Assembly (NCBI GenBank): GCA_964016885.1 | Contig: OZ024742.1 | Span: 198,276,001-198,340,000, forward strand | Direction: 5' to 3' | Length of the DNA: 64,000 nucleotides | Origin: Eledone cirrhosa | Lineage: Eukaryota | Part shown: positions 62,901-64,000 of the stretch, in pieces | Position numbering within the stretch: the stretch's first letter is position 1 | How the letters are laid out: each line of letters begins with the position of its first letter | Position numbers and translations under genes: made by a program | The notes under the pieces: generated by a model | Databases searched by the model: none | The model's input: the letters and a program-made list of their open reading frames with translations, nothing else | What the model was told of the DNA's origin: nothing

Positions 62901-64000
62901 AACATTGAACTTTCCTCAACACGACCTACACATCTCATGTCTCTTCACAACATTCATTACTGGCTCTAGTCCTCACACTGAGTAACATTCAACTTTCCTC
63001 AACACGACCTACACATCTTATTTCTCTTCACAACATTCATTACTGGCTCTAGTCCTCTCACTGAGTAACATTGAACTTTCCTCAACACGACCTACACATT
63101 TCATTTCTCTTCACAACATTCATCACTGGCTCTAGTCCTCACACTGAGTAACATTCAACTTTCCTCAACACGACCTACACATCTTATTTCTCTTCACAAC
63201 ATTCATTACTGGCTCTAGTCCTCTCACTGAGTAACATTGAACTTTCCTCAACACGACCTACACATCTCATGTCTCTTCACAACATTCATTACTGGCTCTA
63301 GTCCTCTCACTGAGTAACATTCAACTATCCTCAACACGGCCTACACATCATATTTCTCTTCACAACATTCATTACTGGCTCTAGTCCTCTCACTGAGTAA
63401 CATTCAACTATCCTCAACACGGCCTACACATCATATTTCTCTTCACAACATTCATTACTGGCTCTAGTCCTCTCACTGAGTAACATTCAACTATCCTCAA
63501 CACGGCCTACACATCATATTTCTCTTCACAACATTCATTACTGGCTCTAGTCCTCACACTGAGTAACATTCAACTTTCCTCAACACGACCTACACATCTT
63601 ATTTCTCTTCACAACATTCATTACTGGCTCTAGTCCTCTCACTGAGTAACATTGAACTTTCCTCAACACGACCTACACATTTCATTTCTCTTCACAACAT
63701 TCATCACTGGCTCTAGTCCTCACACTGAGTAACATTCAACTTTCCTCAACACAACCTACACATCTCATTTCTCTTCACAATATTCATTACTGGCTCAAGT
63801 CCTCACACTAAGTAACATTCAACTTTCCTCAACACGACCTACACATCTCATTTCTCTTCACAACATTCATCACTGGCTCTAGTCCTCTCACTGAGTAACA
63901 TTCAACTTTCCTCAACACGACCTACACATCTCATTTCTCTTCACAATATTAATAACTGGCTCTAGTCCTCTCACTGAGTAACATTCAACTTTCCTCAACA
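35982..64000. repeat. 83-bp tandem satellite, right block (roughly 340 unit-equivalents, continuing past the window end)
   Basis: Same A+B unit and same orientation as the left block. Confidence 0.98.

Noticed and set aside
22200-64000. CRISPR-like array
   Set aside because: Both modules are near-identical repeats with no unique spacers, no cas genes are present, and the context is a eukaryotic intron.
22200-64000. Recursive-splicing AG|GT motif (TGTGTAG|GTCGTG) in every satellite unit on the minus strand
   Set aside because: There is no polypyrimidine tract upstream and the donor consensus is poor, so nothing supports it without RNA data.
22200-64000. Satellite as a protein-coding repeat
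   Set aside because: The 83-bp unit is not a multiple of 3, it contains stop codons, and the ORF track shows no ORFs there.

Overview
This window is eukaryotic (animal) genomic DNA. The repeat families suggest a mollusc, probably a coleoid cephalopod such as Octopus (inference). Nine internal coding exons of importin-11 (IPO11) lie on the minus strand between 22055 and 7206 and splice in consistent phase. One intron (16056-17480) is a U12-type AT-AC minor intron. The introns hold many transposon relics: a restriction-like-endonuclease LINE 3' end, a CR1 3' fragment, a nearly intact RTE LINE, tRNA-derived SINEs, TTAA/piggyBac-type and hAT-type MITEs, and a foldback element. From about 22200 to the window end, the upstream intron is an 83-bp satellite built from 48-bp and 35-bp modules, with kb-scale internal duplications. 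The satellite is cleanly interrupted at 32365-35981 by a 3.6-kb composite element with Helitron-like ends (A|TC...CTAG|T, no target duplication). This element carries a 5' hairpin, two minisatellites, an ORF with a 2A-like motif, and a 176-bp perfect foldback enclosing a PHD-finger LINE ORF1-like fragment. No prokaryotic features, CRISPR arrays or rRNA/tRNA genes are supported. All family assignments come from recalled motifs, not database searches.
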